From Podarcis pityusensis (Eukaryota), in NCBI GenBank assembly GCA_964106645.2, contig OZ067039.1: a DNA stretch of 64,000 nucleotides; one strand, written 5' to 3'. Under the pieces are notes generated by a model. The model saw only the letters and a program-made list of their open reading frames with translations, had not been told where the DNA came from and ran no database searches. This document shows, in pieces, positions 12,402-23,100 of this stretch; the stretch's first letter is position 1, and the number at the start of each line of letters is the position of its first letter. A program made the position numbers and the translations under genes.

Positions 12402-12520
12402 CCCGTCTTTCCTCAACCCGGCGTCGCGGGACTACAACTCTTATCAGCCCCGGCAGGCTTGGCCAGTGGCCAGGGATGATGGGAATTGTAGTCCCCCGAC
12501 ACCGGGTTGAGAAAAGGCAG
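12402..12520. mobile_element. Hairpin-MITE-like palindrome inside the bidirectional promoter
   Basis: CTCAACCCGGCGTCGCGGGACTACAACTCTTATCAGCCC / GGGATGATGGGAATTGTAGTCCCCCGACACCGGGTTGAG, with the same arm architecture as 8288-8422. Confidence 0.7.
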
Positions 12521-12856
12521 GCGCGCGTGCGCACATAACACACACGGCGCGAGGGCCTCTTTTCCTCCCCCGCCCCCATTAAACGCCCCACAGCAGCCTA
12601 CGCACATCCAGGATGGGCGGCATCGAGACTGGAGGGCGTGGCTTTCAGCCTCGGTTCGCTCTGCATTTATCCCGTCGCCTCTGCTGCGAGGCTTTTTGCG
12701 CCCGGCACTGAGAGGCGGCTAATGCGGTTAGGGAGCTGCAATCCCGAAAGACCTTGCGGCGTCATAGAGACTGGCGGCTAGAGTGGAGCACGGGAGGGGG
12801 TATGTGTGCGTGCGCGCGCGCCAGCCTTCCGGGATCGCGCAACGCAGCTTCCGCTG

Positions 12857-13056
12857 ATGCTGGCGCTGCCTAGGCTAGGTGGTGTTCTTCCGCCTGCCGC
12901 CGCCGCCGCCTCCCTCGGTCTGCGCGCGCGGCTGAGCTGCGGCCGCGTCGCCATGGCGAAGAGCAAGTTCGAATACGTGCGGGGTTTCGAAGACGAGGCC
13001 ACGTGCTTGCCCAACTGCTGGGTCGTGGTGCGGTTGGACGGCCGCGGCTTCCACCG
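12857..13056 (+). CDS. THG1L: THG1L (tRNA-His guanylyltransferase) exon 1; second in-frame ATG at 12953
   Basis: A presequence-like MLALPRLGG...RVA precedes [35 protein letters not shown] (catalytic RLDG Asp). Donor CG|GTAAG. Confidence 0.93.
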
Positions 13057-14096
13057 GTAAGCCCCGCTTCAGCTATTGGCGGCAGCTTGGTTGCCGCTGG
13101 CGACGGCTCAGCCAATGGTGGCGGGAGGAGGGAGGGGTGGAGAGGTTATGGGCATCGCGCAAGGATAGGGAACCGGTGGTCGGATTTCAGGGTAGCAGCT
13201 GCCCTTGGGTATCGAGAGGGCTCCACCCAGAGGCGGATTGCGGGCGGGGCAGCATCCTTGGGACACGGCTCCTTAGCCAAGACGGCCACTTGTCGTAATC
13301 TGAAGACCACTGTGGGAAGCTTGGGTTTGGGAGGATTTCTCCCTTGGGAGTGTGCGCATCTGTTTATTTCGTAAAAATTCTGGATCCACACGACCTTCCA
13401 CGGGAAGGGGGGCGGGGGAGTAAGTTTCCCTGCGGGAGTTGATCACGATGAGGGTTTGCCAAATGTGCCTTCCTCTTAAGCACGTTTTTTTACTCCTCAC
13501 AATCAGGTGGTGTATAAATTTTATGAAGCTAAGTTCAGAAAATGCATACACCATTTGATTGTAGGGAAAACCCATCAGAGCACTTTACCAAAAAAACCCA
13601 AAACGCAATAAAAGGATGCACTAAAAAGTTTACAACCATAATTTAAAACACTGATTATTATAATAATATTTTTTATTTATATCCCACCCATATTGGTGAG
13701 AAAGTTAAAACTGCATTAGAATAGACTTAAGACAAATTAAAACTCATGCAATCTTCCTAAGCATCTAGGTAGGCTTGTCTGAAAAAGATTGTGTTCAGCA
13801 GGTGCTGAAAAGAATACAGTATGCAGGGAGTTCGTGATATTATTATTATATGGGCCACCCCTCCCTTATTGCATCCACCTGTCTGTTTCACATCTTGTAA
13901 CTCACAAAACTCACTTCCAGCCATCCCCTATTGGTAGACCAGATAACAATCAGTATTGTCATGAATATTTGAAAAGCTGTAATTGTCCTGCTGCTTCTGA
14001 ATAAGGAAAGGAGGAATGGAAGGTTTTCATCCTGCTTAAAAAGACACTAAGCTATATGAGTTACAGCTAGTAGTGCCTCAGTGGAAGTAGTTTTAC

Positions 14097-14360
14097 TGTT
14101 ATATACTGAAGTTCTCACCCTGGGCCAGCAGGGGGATACTGTAGATAGTTTTCACTTAGGTTCACATATGCAAATAAGGGATTGAAAGTGACGTTCAGTG
14201 ATTGGATAGTTACAGAAAGTGGTTACAGTTGCGTTGTAGTGGAACTCTATATAAGCAGGCTGGCTGAACCCTTTAGTTCAGTTCTGTTGTGGCCTGTGAA
14301 TAAACAAGAGCTGTTTGAAGAATTGCTGTGTTGTCTGATATGTTCACCCACAACTTAACA
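14097..14360 (+). mobile_element. Solo LTR with 5-bp TSD in THG1L intron 1
   Basis: TGTTA...TAACA termini, TTTAC duplicated at 14092-14096 and 14361-14365, TATATAA at 14248, AATAAA at 14299. Confidence 0.88.
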
Positions 14361-14556
14361 TTTACCTTCCATTTGGCAAAAATGTGAAGAAGTTACAAAA
14401 ATCTGCTGTTTTTAATAAATTATAAATTAATATTGCAACTAAAACACAATGGCATGCATATGGGATCCAGTCCAAAATTAAAAAATAAAACCACGCTGAT
14501 AACCACTTTAATAACTTTGACAAATTTCATTTCTTTGTATTTTTCCCTTTTTGAAG

Positions 14557-14733
14557 CTTTGCTGAGCAACATGGTTTTAAGAAGCCTAATGATGATCGCG
14601 CTCTTAACTTGATGAACAAGTCTGCACAGACAGTAATGCAAGAATTAGAGGATATTGTCATTGCCTATGGACAAAGTGATGAATACAGCTTTGTTTTCAA
14701 AAAGAAAAGCAACTGGTTTAAGAGAAGAGCAAG
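14557..14733 (+). CDS. THG1L: THG1L exon 2
   Basis: [58 protein letters not shown], with the catalytic SDEY motif. Flanked by AG/GT. Confidence 0.96.
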
Positions 14734-15925
14734 GTAACTGGTTTTAGAGCTTCTCTCTCCTCCCATCCCAACCCAATATTTGCATATCTACTCTTCATAC
14801 AATATGTTTTAAATATAACCAGTTTGTTTATATTTTATTATATAGTTATGCAGACAATAACTCATAACAATTCTGATTTGGTAAAAATTGGCAGCTTTTT
14901 AATAAGTGTTGTGTAAAGGCAAGGGGTGTACTATTTATTTTGCTTAAAATTCATTTTCATCTGAAATATAAAAATTTGACAGCTGTTGTATGCATGCAAC
15001 ATGCGTTGCTTTTCATAGATTTGGTAATGGCCTCCTTTCATGTTCATGCAGTAATAATTGCAGAAAACAAAAGAAATGCAAGCAAATTGGGAGGTGGAAG
15101 GGTTTTGGTGGGGAATTCAGTTCACAAGGTAGGAGAGCAAGTAACAAGGAATGTATACAGATAAGCTTCAATTTGCACATTTTCATTGGTATAGTCTTTC
15201 CATTTGGCTTAGTAGGTGGTCATCAGCTGCTGTTATTAGCATATGATATGCTTTAAGAATGACAGTATAGTGCGGTTTTCATTCTATGTCATGATCTCAT
15301 TGATGCAATCAGCCATCCAGTCCTGCGAGTTGACTGAGCACTATTATGTATGATAGTTCAGCCCGCAAATGGCCAAATTCATAGAATCTTCATTTTCTGT
15401 TATCCAGTTTTCATATGCATGCGATGCTCTCAACCTCCTGGACTTGGAAAATGTAGGAGTGAATCATACAGATCTGGAAAACTCTGAAACATTCAGCCAT
15501 TAATGGTTTACTGTAAATGTGCCTTTTAGTCTGTTTTACTGCTTCCTGCTAGTGCTGGGAGGAAACAAACCATGATTTCTGTGTTTTAGGTTTTGTATCT
15601 GAACCAGGGATAAAGGTTTCTTTTATTCCCAAGCAAACTGAAGTATAGCCAAGGTTTATTCTTGGCTTACCAGTTATGGTTTGTCGGAAGAGAACAAGCC
15701 ATGATCCATGGGTTGGATGTAATGCTTAGCCAGGGATTGTGTTTTGTTTCCTTTGTGCACAAGCAGGGAAGAAAGAAGGTGCTCTCTTGGGCATGATCAT
15801 GGTAAAGTATTAGCCATGGCTTTTGATGATGCGTGAACATAGAGTACTCAAGTGTTTATTTATTTGTCAGTGCTGTAGTACTGATGTTATTAACTTTCAC
15901 TTCCTTTTTATTTTCTGTTTACAAG

Positions 15926-16095
15926 TAAGTTCATGACTCATGTGGTCTCCCAGTTTGCCTCCAGCTACGTTTTCTATTGGAAAGATTACTTTAAGGACCA
16001 GCCTCTTTTGTATCCACCAGGATTTGATGGGCGTGTTGTGTTATATCCTAGTGACCAGAATTTAAAGGACTATCTTAGTTGGCGACAAGCTGATT
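15926..16095 (+). CDS. THG1L: THG1L exon 3
   Basis: [22 protein letters not shown]...[27 protein letters not shown]. Flanked by AG/GT. Confidence 0.96.
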
Positions 16096-16143
16096 GTAAG
16101 CATCTCTTACACACATGAGAAACCTCCACCATCAGGTTTTTGT

Positions 16144-16180
16144 GTTTGTTTGTTTGTTTGTTTGTTTGTTTGTTTGTTTG
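16144..16180. repeat. (GTTT)n microsatellite
   Basis: Perfect tandem GTTT run. Confidence 0.95.
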
Positions 16181-16828
16181 CATGGGTTTATGATTGTTGG
16201 TCAGTATTGCCTGTAGTTACAGAGAGTTATCCTTCAGCTGGGATATTCCAAGACTTTAGTTCTTACACATATGGAAAAAGTTAAAACCTTGGAGAGGATC
16301 CAATTTTATGCCACAATGGGAGAGGCATTGCTTTCATGTCTTTCCCCCCTGCATCCCATCAGCAGCATGAGAAATGCAAACAGTGTTATATTCAATTGTG
16401 TAGTAAGATGTGAACCCTGCTGCTACCTTCAGAAGTCTAGTCAATGAATGTAAAAGGCATGACAAATAAGATGGACAATCACAGCAACCCATGTTGTTGT
16501 TGTTCTCCCTTCACTGCACACAGCAATTTACTTGCATGTTTTCTTCCACCCCACCTTCCCCCACCAATTATCTGGCTACCTGACTAAGTAGTGTTTCCAT
16601 GAAATGGATAGCAGTAGTTTTAGATTGGCTGGATGGTCTACAGAAACCCTCATGTTTGATGTGACAAAAAAACTGCATAGCAGGAAATTTTATCTATTTT
16701 AAAAACATGTCACAGGAACTGTTGGTAGGATAATAATATATAAAACACTGATAAATACTGAACCAAAATACTGGACTTAGATAAAAAGACATACTACTAT
16801 TTTTACAATATCATATTCATATAATAGT

Positions 16829-16936
16829 TACAGGTAGGTAGCCGTGTTGGTCTGCCGTAGTGTGCCTGCACACAAAAGCTCATACCAATGACAAACTTAG
16901 TTGGTCTCTAAGGTGCTACTGGAAGGAATTTTTTTT
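16829..16936. mobile_element. Short Penelope-like (PLE) insertion with 16-bp flanking duplication
   Basis: GTAGCCGTGTTGGTCTG and AAAGCTCATA...TTGGTCTCTAAGGTGCTAC resemble reptile PLE termini (from recall). ATATTCATATAATAGT occurs at 16813-16828 and 16937-16952. Confidence 0.7.
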
Positions 16937-17043
16937 ATATTCATATAATAGTATACAAGTCCTTCAGTAACTACTGCTGTGGCAGAAAGCTTGTTCAATG
17001 TGCTTCCCAATGTAGTCTGATGTTTGTTATTTCATTCCTGCAG

Positions 17044-17132
17044 GCCACATAAATAATCTCTACAATACAGTATTTTGGACTCTTGTGCAGAGAGGTGGCT
17101 TGACACCTGTACAAGCCCAAAAGCGACTACAG
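17044..17132 (+). CDS. THG1L: THG1L exon 4
   Basis: [29 protein letters not shown], containing the Thg1 HINNLYN motif. Flanked by AG/GT. Confidence 0.96.
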
Positions 17133-17357
17133 GTATGAAAGTCTTCTTTCAAGATTATGCTAAGTAGTATGTTCACTCATGCTTGAGGTTTTAATGCAGC
17201 ATCATGTGCAGGCATTCAAATTACACAAGTGTTATGGGCAATGAGAATTGGGAGTCTGGATGAGGTTGAAGGGGTTTGTAAGTGACACAGTTATCATAGT
17301 GCAAGGGTGGGTGGGTGGGAGGGTGGGTGAGAGAGAGAGAGAGTGAATAGGTTACCT

Positions 17358-17590
17358 GGGGGCCGGATGCGGCCCAATCATCTTCTCAGTCCGACCCGCA
17401 GACAGTCCGTGAATCAGTGTGTTTTTACATGAGTAGAATGTGTCCTTTTATTTAAAATGCATCTCTGGGTTTTTTTGTGGAGCATAGGAATTTGTTCATT
17501 CCCCCACCCCCACAAATATCGTTCGGTCCACCACATGGTCTGAAGGACGGTGGACCGGCCCACGGCTGAAAAAGGTTGTTGACCTCTTGG
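17358..17590. mobile_element. hAT (Charlie-like) MITE fragment
   Basis: GGGCCGGATGCGGCCC subterminal palindrome and a ...GGCCC...AAAAAGGTTGTTGACCTC right end. Left TIR missing. Confidence 0.65.
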
Positions 17591-17866
17591 TCAGATTTTT
17601 TTTTTTTAACTATATCCAATAGCTTTATCTTCTTATCTCCATATTAGTATGAATATAACACTTGTCAAAGTTTAAAAACCAGGTGGAACAAATAAGGATT
17701 AACTGTTTGTCTAAATGCAAGCAGAAAAGGGGACTGGTGGGTTGTGTCTACTTCATCCTGTCTCCAAATACAGTGCTCAGATCTAGATGGAGAGGAGTCA
17801 GTGTTTTCATATGCCTGTGTGGTGGTGTTTTTATAAGAAAAAAATATATTTTCTCTTTATCCTTAG

Positions 17867-17974
17867 GGAACAGTTGCAAGTGACAAGAATGAGATTTTAT
17901 TTTCTCAGTTCAGCATTAACTACAATAACGAATCATTATTGTATAGAAAAGGAACTGTTCTACTGTGGCAAAAG
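17867..17974 (+). CDS. THG1L: THG1L exon 5
   Basis: [36 protein letters not shown]. Flanked by AG/GT. Confidence 0.95.
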
Positions 17975-18375
17975 GTAATATAATTTTGACAGATACCTAT
18001 TTGTCTGTAATGCATTTTACAAACTGTTATACAAAATACTTACTTGGGAGGTAAGTGGTTTTTGACAGTCATATGTGTGCTGATTTTCCAGGTGTGTCTG
18101 CTTTTATAACATTACCACTGTTTAAGACTTAAGCCTAGAAATGTTCTGGTCTTCAGTGAAAAGGATAATTCCTCTGGTAACTTCACTCCTCAAATTTTAA
18201 GTAGTGAAGGTTCAATAGGAGCATGTCTGCCACTGAAAGATCAGAACTTTACTAGTGATGATTCTAATTTGAGAGTTGTCTTATATTATAGTTAAAAAAA
18301 GAAATGAAACTGGAATTGCCTTCTAGCCTACTTCAGTTCTGCGATTCTACATTAATCTGTCACCTGTTCTTATAG

Positions 18376-18537
18376 GTAAATCAAGCCATTAAAAAGAAAA
18401 TTAAAATTCCAGAGGAAACGGAAGAGAAGGAAGTTGAAGTGACCCGGCCAAGGACTACAGTAGTTGCTTTGCACTGTGATATCATTGGGGATCAGTTTTG
18501 GGACCAGTATCCTGAAATCCTAGCTGATGATAGCTGA
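18376..18537 (+). CDS. THG1L: THG1L exon 6 (last coding exon)
   Basis: VNQAIKKK...LHCDIIGDQFWDQYPEILADDS*. Acceptor TTATAG. Total CDS 906 nt. Confidence 0.95.
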   Translation, partial: VNQAIKKKIKIPEETEEKEVEVTRPRTTVVALHCDIIGDQFWDQYPEILADDS

Positions 18538-19565
18538 CATTTGCCATCTGGATGTTGGTGTGAAATACTCCATACAGTTTACTTCTGCAAGGACCATGGG
18601 AGATGGATAGGTGACTGGCCCAGAATGGATATTTCAGTAAACTTGTGTGGTGCACTTAAGAAGCCATGTAGTGCTTGTATTCATTTTTATAGTTTCACAG
18701 ATGTGTATGTTTTCCCATCAAAATTATGAGGTGCCTTACAATAATATCATTGTCAGGTTGACAAACTTTTTACTTGAAAAGGAATGCCTTTAATTTAGGC
18801 TATGGCCCTCAAAGGCACTCTACTGGTACAAGTCCCATGAGATTTTGAGCTGCCCATTTAAAACGGAAAACATTTAAACTCCTGCTTCAAATTAAGTTCT
18901 ATCATCAGGGAGCCAAGTTACAAATTATCCTAGTTGCCAATGTCTCTGGATTATATGAGTGATAAACAAAATACCCTAGCAAATGGCTGAAACTAATTAG
19001 GAAGTCTTCTCTCAAGTGTAAATTAGTTATGGCTTTTTTGAAAGCTATGGAAACATAATTTCCCTCCGTAATCATACATTTATTGTTTGGACTCTCTCCT
19101 TGCTGCTTTACTGATTATTAGAGAAGGTCTCGGGTGACCAAACTGGAATAATAAACTTATTGAATAAGGGGGGGCATCACAACAGGATATGTTTGTAGGT
19201 CATGCTCTCAATTTTCTGCTGCCTGGGAAACTATCCAGTTCCTGCTGTTGAGGATTGTGGCAATCAACTTACTGGAAGTTCTTTACTCTTCAAAAAAAAG
19301 TTTGTGTTGCGCTTCTGCATTCTTTGTGCCGGACCTGTGAAAGTAATAAGACCTGTTCCGGGGTAGGGGGGGAGATGGAGTGTATGTGATACTTTCTCTG
19401 ACTATGCAGAGACTGGAATGATACATGCTGGGAGATAATGACAAAAGGGTTTTATGTGGAATATTTTGTTAATGTCATTCCATTTTTCACTCTCTGCCTT
19501 TCCTGCGTTATCTTTTAAAGAAGACCAGGTCCCTTAAAGCCTCTTTGAAAAAGAGATAACAATAA

Positions 19566-20120
19566 TCTAGATCAAGGGAAGTAATAGTGCCACTGTATTC
19601 TGCTCTGGTCAGACCTCACCTGGAGTACTGTGTCCAGTTCTGGGCACCACAGTTCAAGAAGGACACTGACAAACTGGAACGTGTCCAGAGGAGGGCAACC
19701 AAAATGGTCAAAGGCCTGGAAACGATGCCTTATGAGGAACGGCTAAGGGAGCTGGGCATGTTTAGCCTGGAGAAGAGGAGGTTAAGGGGTGATATGATAG
19801 CCATGTTCAAATATATAAAAGGATGTCACATAGAGGAGGGAGAAAGGTTGTTTTCTGCTGCTCCAGAGAAGCGGACACGGAGCAATGAATCCAAACTACA
19901 AGAAAGAAGATTCCACCTAAACATTAGGAAGAACTTCCTGACAGTAAGAGCTGTTCGACAGTGGAATTTGCTGCCAAGGAGTGTGGTGGAGTCTCCTTCT
20001 TTGGAGGTCTTTAAGCAGAGGCTTGACAACCATATGTCAGGAGTGCTCTGATGGTGTTTCCTGCTTGGCAGGGGGTTGGACTCGATGGCCCTTGTGGTCT
20101 CTTCCAACTCTATGATTCTA
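19566..20120 (+). mobile_element. CR1 LINE 3' fragment
   Basis: [20 protein letters not shown]...[11 protein letters not shown]...RRLRGDMI matches the CR1 ORF2 C-terminus, followed by the 3' UTR hairpin and an ATTCTATG-type tail. Confidence 0.95.
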
Positions 20121-20759
20121 ATCAACCAATTTATCTAAAATGGTGGACATCTTCATTGCTATAGTTAGGTTAATCATTAAGAAAAACAGCCTTCCAAGCA
20201 ATATGTGTTTAAATTATTGCTGTAATGTTAATAAAATTTTGCATTGATTTATGGAATAATTCTCTTGTATAGTTCAGGAATCATGTAAGTCAATTCTCTA
20301 TCACTGGTGCACTCTGCTACCTATCATACATACAAATACCTTCGCAAACATGCAAATAGATCTTTCGACTTCAAGGCTTCCGTGTTCTACTTTCTCCCCA
20401 TCATGGGTGGGCAGAGTATCTACCAGCAGAATTCTGGGTGGTTTGATCAAGGAAGTCCAACTCCCAATTAATATATACAACAATAACCTTCCCCTAATTT
20501 GCTAATTTAGAAAGCTGAAATGAAGAGAGCTTGAGGTACTCAGGAACAGATTTGAGTGAAGGACCTGAAGCTCAGCTGAGTTCTGATGCTCCTACTGTAC
20601 TCAGTAGCTATGCAGAGGCAACCTTTCCTTTAATTCTAATGTATATATTTTGTACTGTACCCCATTTGGTTGATTGCAGGGTACTACTAGTAAAACACAA
20701 AGTAGTTTCCACAATCCTGTAGTATGCTCTCCTCTGCTCCAAATCAATCAACAAATGTC

Positions 20760-21325
20760 TGGCTGTCACAAAGCACGCCCATCAATAAATCACAGTTCAA
20801 CACTGGAGTTCTCTTTACTAGAGAAATAAGATCTTCATAGACCTGGCTGGGTTTCAGGCCTAATGAGCACAGCAGCTCATGCCCTGAATCAGTTGCTGAG
20901 ACTAAAAATTCCCATCTCTCCACAGCTGTCTGTCTCCTCCTCTCTGGCTTCTTGCAAGCAATCGGAGACTGTGTCTGCGTGCAGCCTATCTTTGCTCCAC
21001 CCGTTTTATCCCTCTCCTGGTTCTGGTAGTGAGAGTGGGTGGAGCTTGCTGCAGCAGGAGGGAGAGACAGGTGTGACTCTTCACTAGCCTGACTCACCTC
21101 TGCCTCTTGACCTCCCTCCTCCCACTTGCCTGCTTCAGCTTCTGCCTTTGATTCTTGACTTCTCTCTGCCAGACTCTCCTAGCTCACTGAGCTCTGTTAC
21201 CCCATCAGCTTCTGACTCATCTTCCTAGTCTCTCCTCCATGACCACTTACCATCCCATCACCACTGCCTAGGTTCTGACCCTCCTTCCTCCCTTGGTGGT
21301 TGCCCAGCTGGTTCCTCCCACCATT
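20760..21325 (-). mobile_element. Probable LTR-like repeat between THG1L and LSM11 (approximate)
   Basis: On the - strand, a purine-rich U3-like segment followed by an AGTAAA hexamer. Compositionally distinct from the flanks. Confidence 0.35.
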
Positions 21326-21959
21326 CATCTTGTGTCCAACCAACCAATCATCATTTTATTTGTATGCTGCCTTTCCACAGTTAAAACAATGCTCAAGGCA
21401 GCTTACAATATGAAAAGATTTACATAATTACAGACATAGCAAAGTTGTCATAAAAATAAATGAGATACTGGCTGAGGTTTCAGTGTGGTGTTGGGGCTCA
21501 TGACCTGCTGTTCACACAGGATCCTTGACCAGTGCAAGTATTTTATTTCCTTTTCTTGGTATTATATGCCACCTTTCTTACATCACGGAACTCAGGGTGG
21601 TGTACGTTTGATTCCCTGAGGGTCTGCTTAGCTTCAACAAGGTGATGCCCCCCCCCCCCGTACCTCCAATTCATATCCTTCAATATTTGAATCGACCCTT
21701 TTATTTAAAAAATGAAATGAAATAATGATTTAAAAATAGAAAACGTAGGTGTTAAATACCTGCTATTCTTAACATACCATATACACTTTTAAATGCCAGG
21801 CGTGGGTGTGCCAGATGGCTCCCTGAATTTTGTCAGTCTCTTGACTTTGAATTATATAGAAGAGGTCTCATTGTTTTCCCCCTCTGCAAATAGAATGGTT
21901 GCTATAAGCGACAAAAGAGTATGCTGTAGCAGCTCGTATTTAAGATTATTTCATATGAA

Positions 21960-23100
21960 TTTGGTTAGGCGCCACCCTGAAATCCCGCTACTCTTGAGCA
22001 GCAACGTCGCGTTCGAAGTGCGATTTTCCGCTTCTGGGCACTTCATTTGGGCTCACTGCGGATTCTAAGAAATGTTAGCGCAATTTTCCTTCGCACGACG
22101 TAAGACTTTCTTGCCATATATTATTGCATAGGCATTAAACGCCACTTCTGAGGAAGATCTGCAGAGAGAACCGTGCAAATCCATCCAACCAATGCAGCTT
22201 TTCTACGGGAATCATGGACACTGCAGGAAGTATTAAACGCGCGATGGGGTGTCGGGCGTTATTTCGGATTAACTAACGCCGAGTAAGGAGGGAGAAGCGA
22301 GGGAATAATGTTGCCTGCGTCGGCCAGCACGGTGGGGGACAAGCGGCAACCGGCTGCAGCTACGACTTCCTAGGGCAGCCGATGGATGAAAAGCCCAAAG
22401 GCGGTCGCTAGCCCCAGCGCAGGTGCTGGGAATCTCGCTCCTGGCTGTCTTCCGAGAGCGCCAAGCGGCGCTAAGAAAGGCGGGAAGACGCCTGTGGTGC
22501 TGGGGCGGCCCTTAGCGGCGAGAGCGAGGAGCTGCGGGCGGATCCCTTCCCCGCAGGGCCAGGGAGTCATGGAGGAGGCGGAGGAGGCCGGCGCCGGGCC
22601 CAGGCGCCGCCGCCGCCGCCGCTCGGGCGGCCGCAGCAGCTCGGAGCGCTCGCCCAGCCCCGGGCGCCTGGACGTGAGTTCGCCGCGCTTCGACCCTCTG
22701 CTGGCGCTCTACTCGGAGCGCACGCCGCTGCCTTACCCGGCCGCGCCGCACTTCAACAACCTGGCCGAGTACGAGAGCTTCCAGCGCGGCCTGCTCCGCG
22801 CTCCGGGACGTCAGCGAGGGGCCGCCGGCCGCGGCAGCCGCCCTGCGGGGACCCGCGCCCGGAGCCGAGGCGCCCGGGCCCCCGCCGACCCCGAGCGCAT
22901 CCAGCGTCTCCGCAGCCTCATGGTGGCCAAGGAGCCCGAGCGAGACGAGGCCGAGAGGGCCAGGCAGCAGCGGGGCAGGAGGGCGCCTCGCAACGTGCTC
23001 ACCAGGATGCCCGGTAAGAGGAGCTGGGCTGGCTTGTTTCTGAAGAGGAGTATATGCTGTGAACTTCTATAAGTCGCTGGTCGGCAAGGGAGGGAAATGC
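21960..23100. promoter_or_regulatory. CpG island / promoter of LSM11
   Basis: CpG-dense block spanning LSM11 exon 1, with an E2F-like GGCGGGAA near 22479. Confidence 0.82.
22569..23013 (+). CDS. LSM11: LSM11 (U7 snRNP-specific Sm-like protein) exon 1
   Basis: MEE...[16 protein letters not shown]...[11 protein letters not shown]...[13 protein letters not shown]...[10 protein letters not shown]. Donor G|GTAAG. Confidence 0.93.

Larger units (their letters stand above)
11330..13280. promoter_or_regulatory. CpG island / bidirectional promoter of SOX30 and THG1L
   Basis: Very GC- and CpG-rich against an AT-rich background. Start codons are divergent at 11701(-) and 12857(+). GC box near 12567, NRF1-like GCGCGTGCGCA near 12523, ACTACAnnTCCC motif at 12480-12492. 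Confidence 0.88.

Noticed and set aside
12947-12960. X-box-like GTCGCCATGGCGAA at THG1L ATG2
   Set aside because: Explained by Kozak context and Met-Ala-Lys coding.
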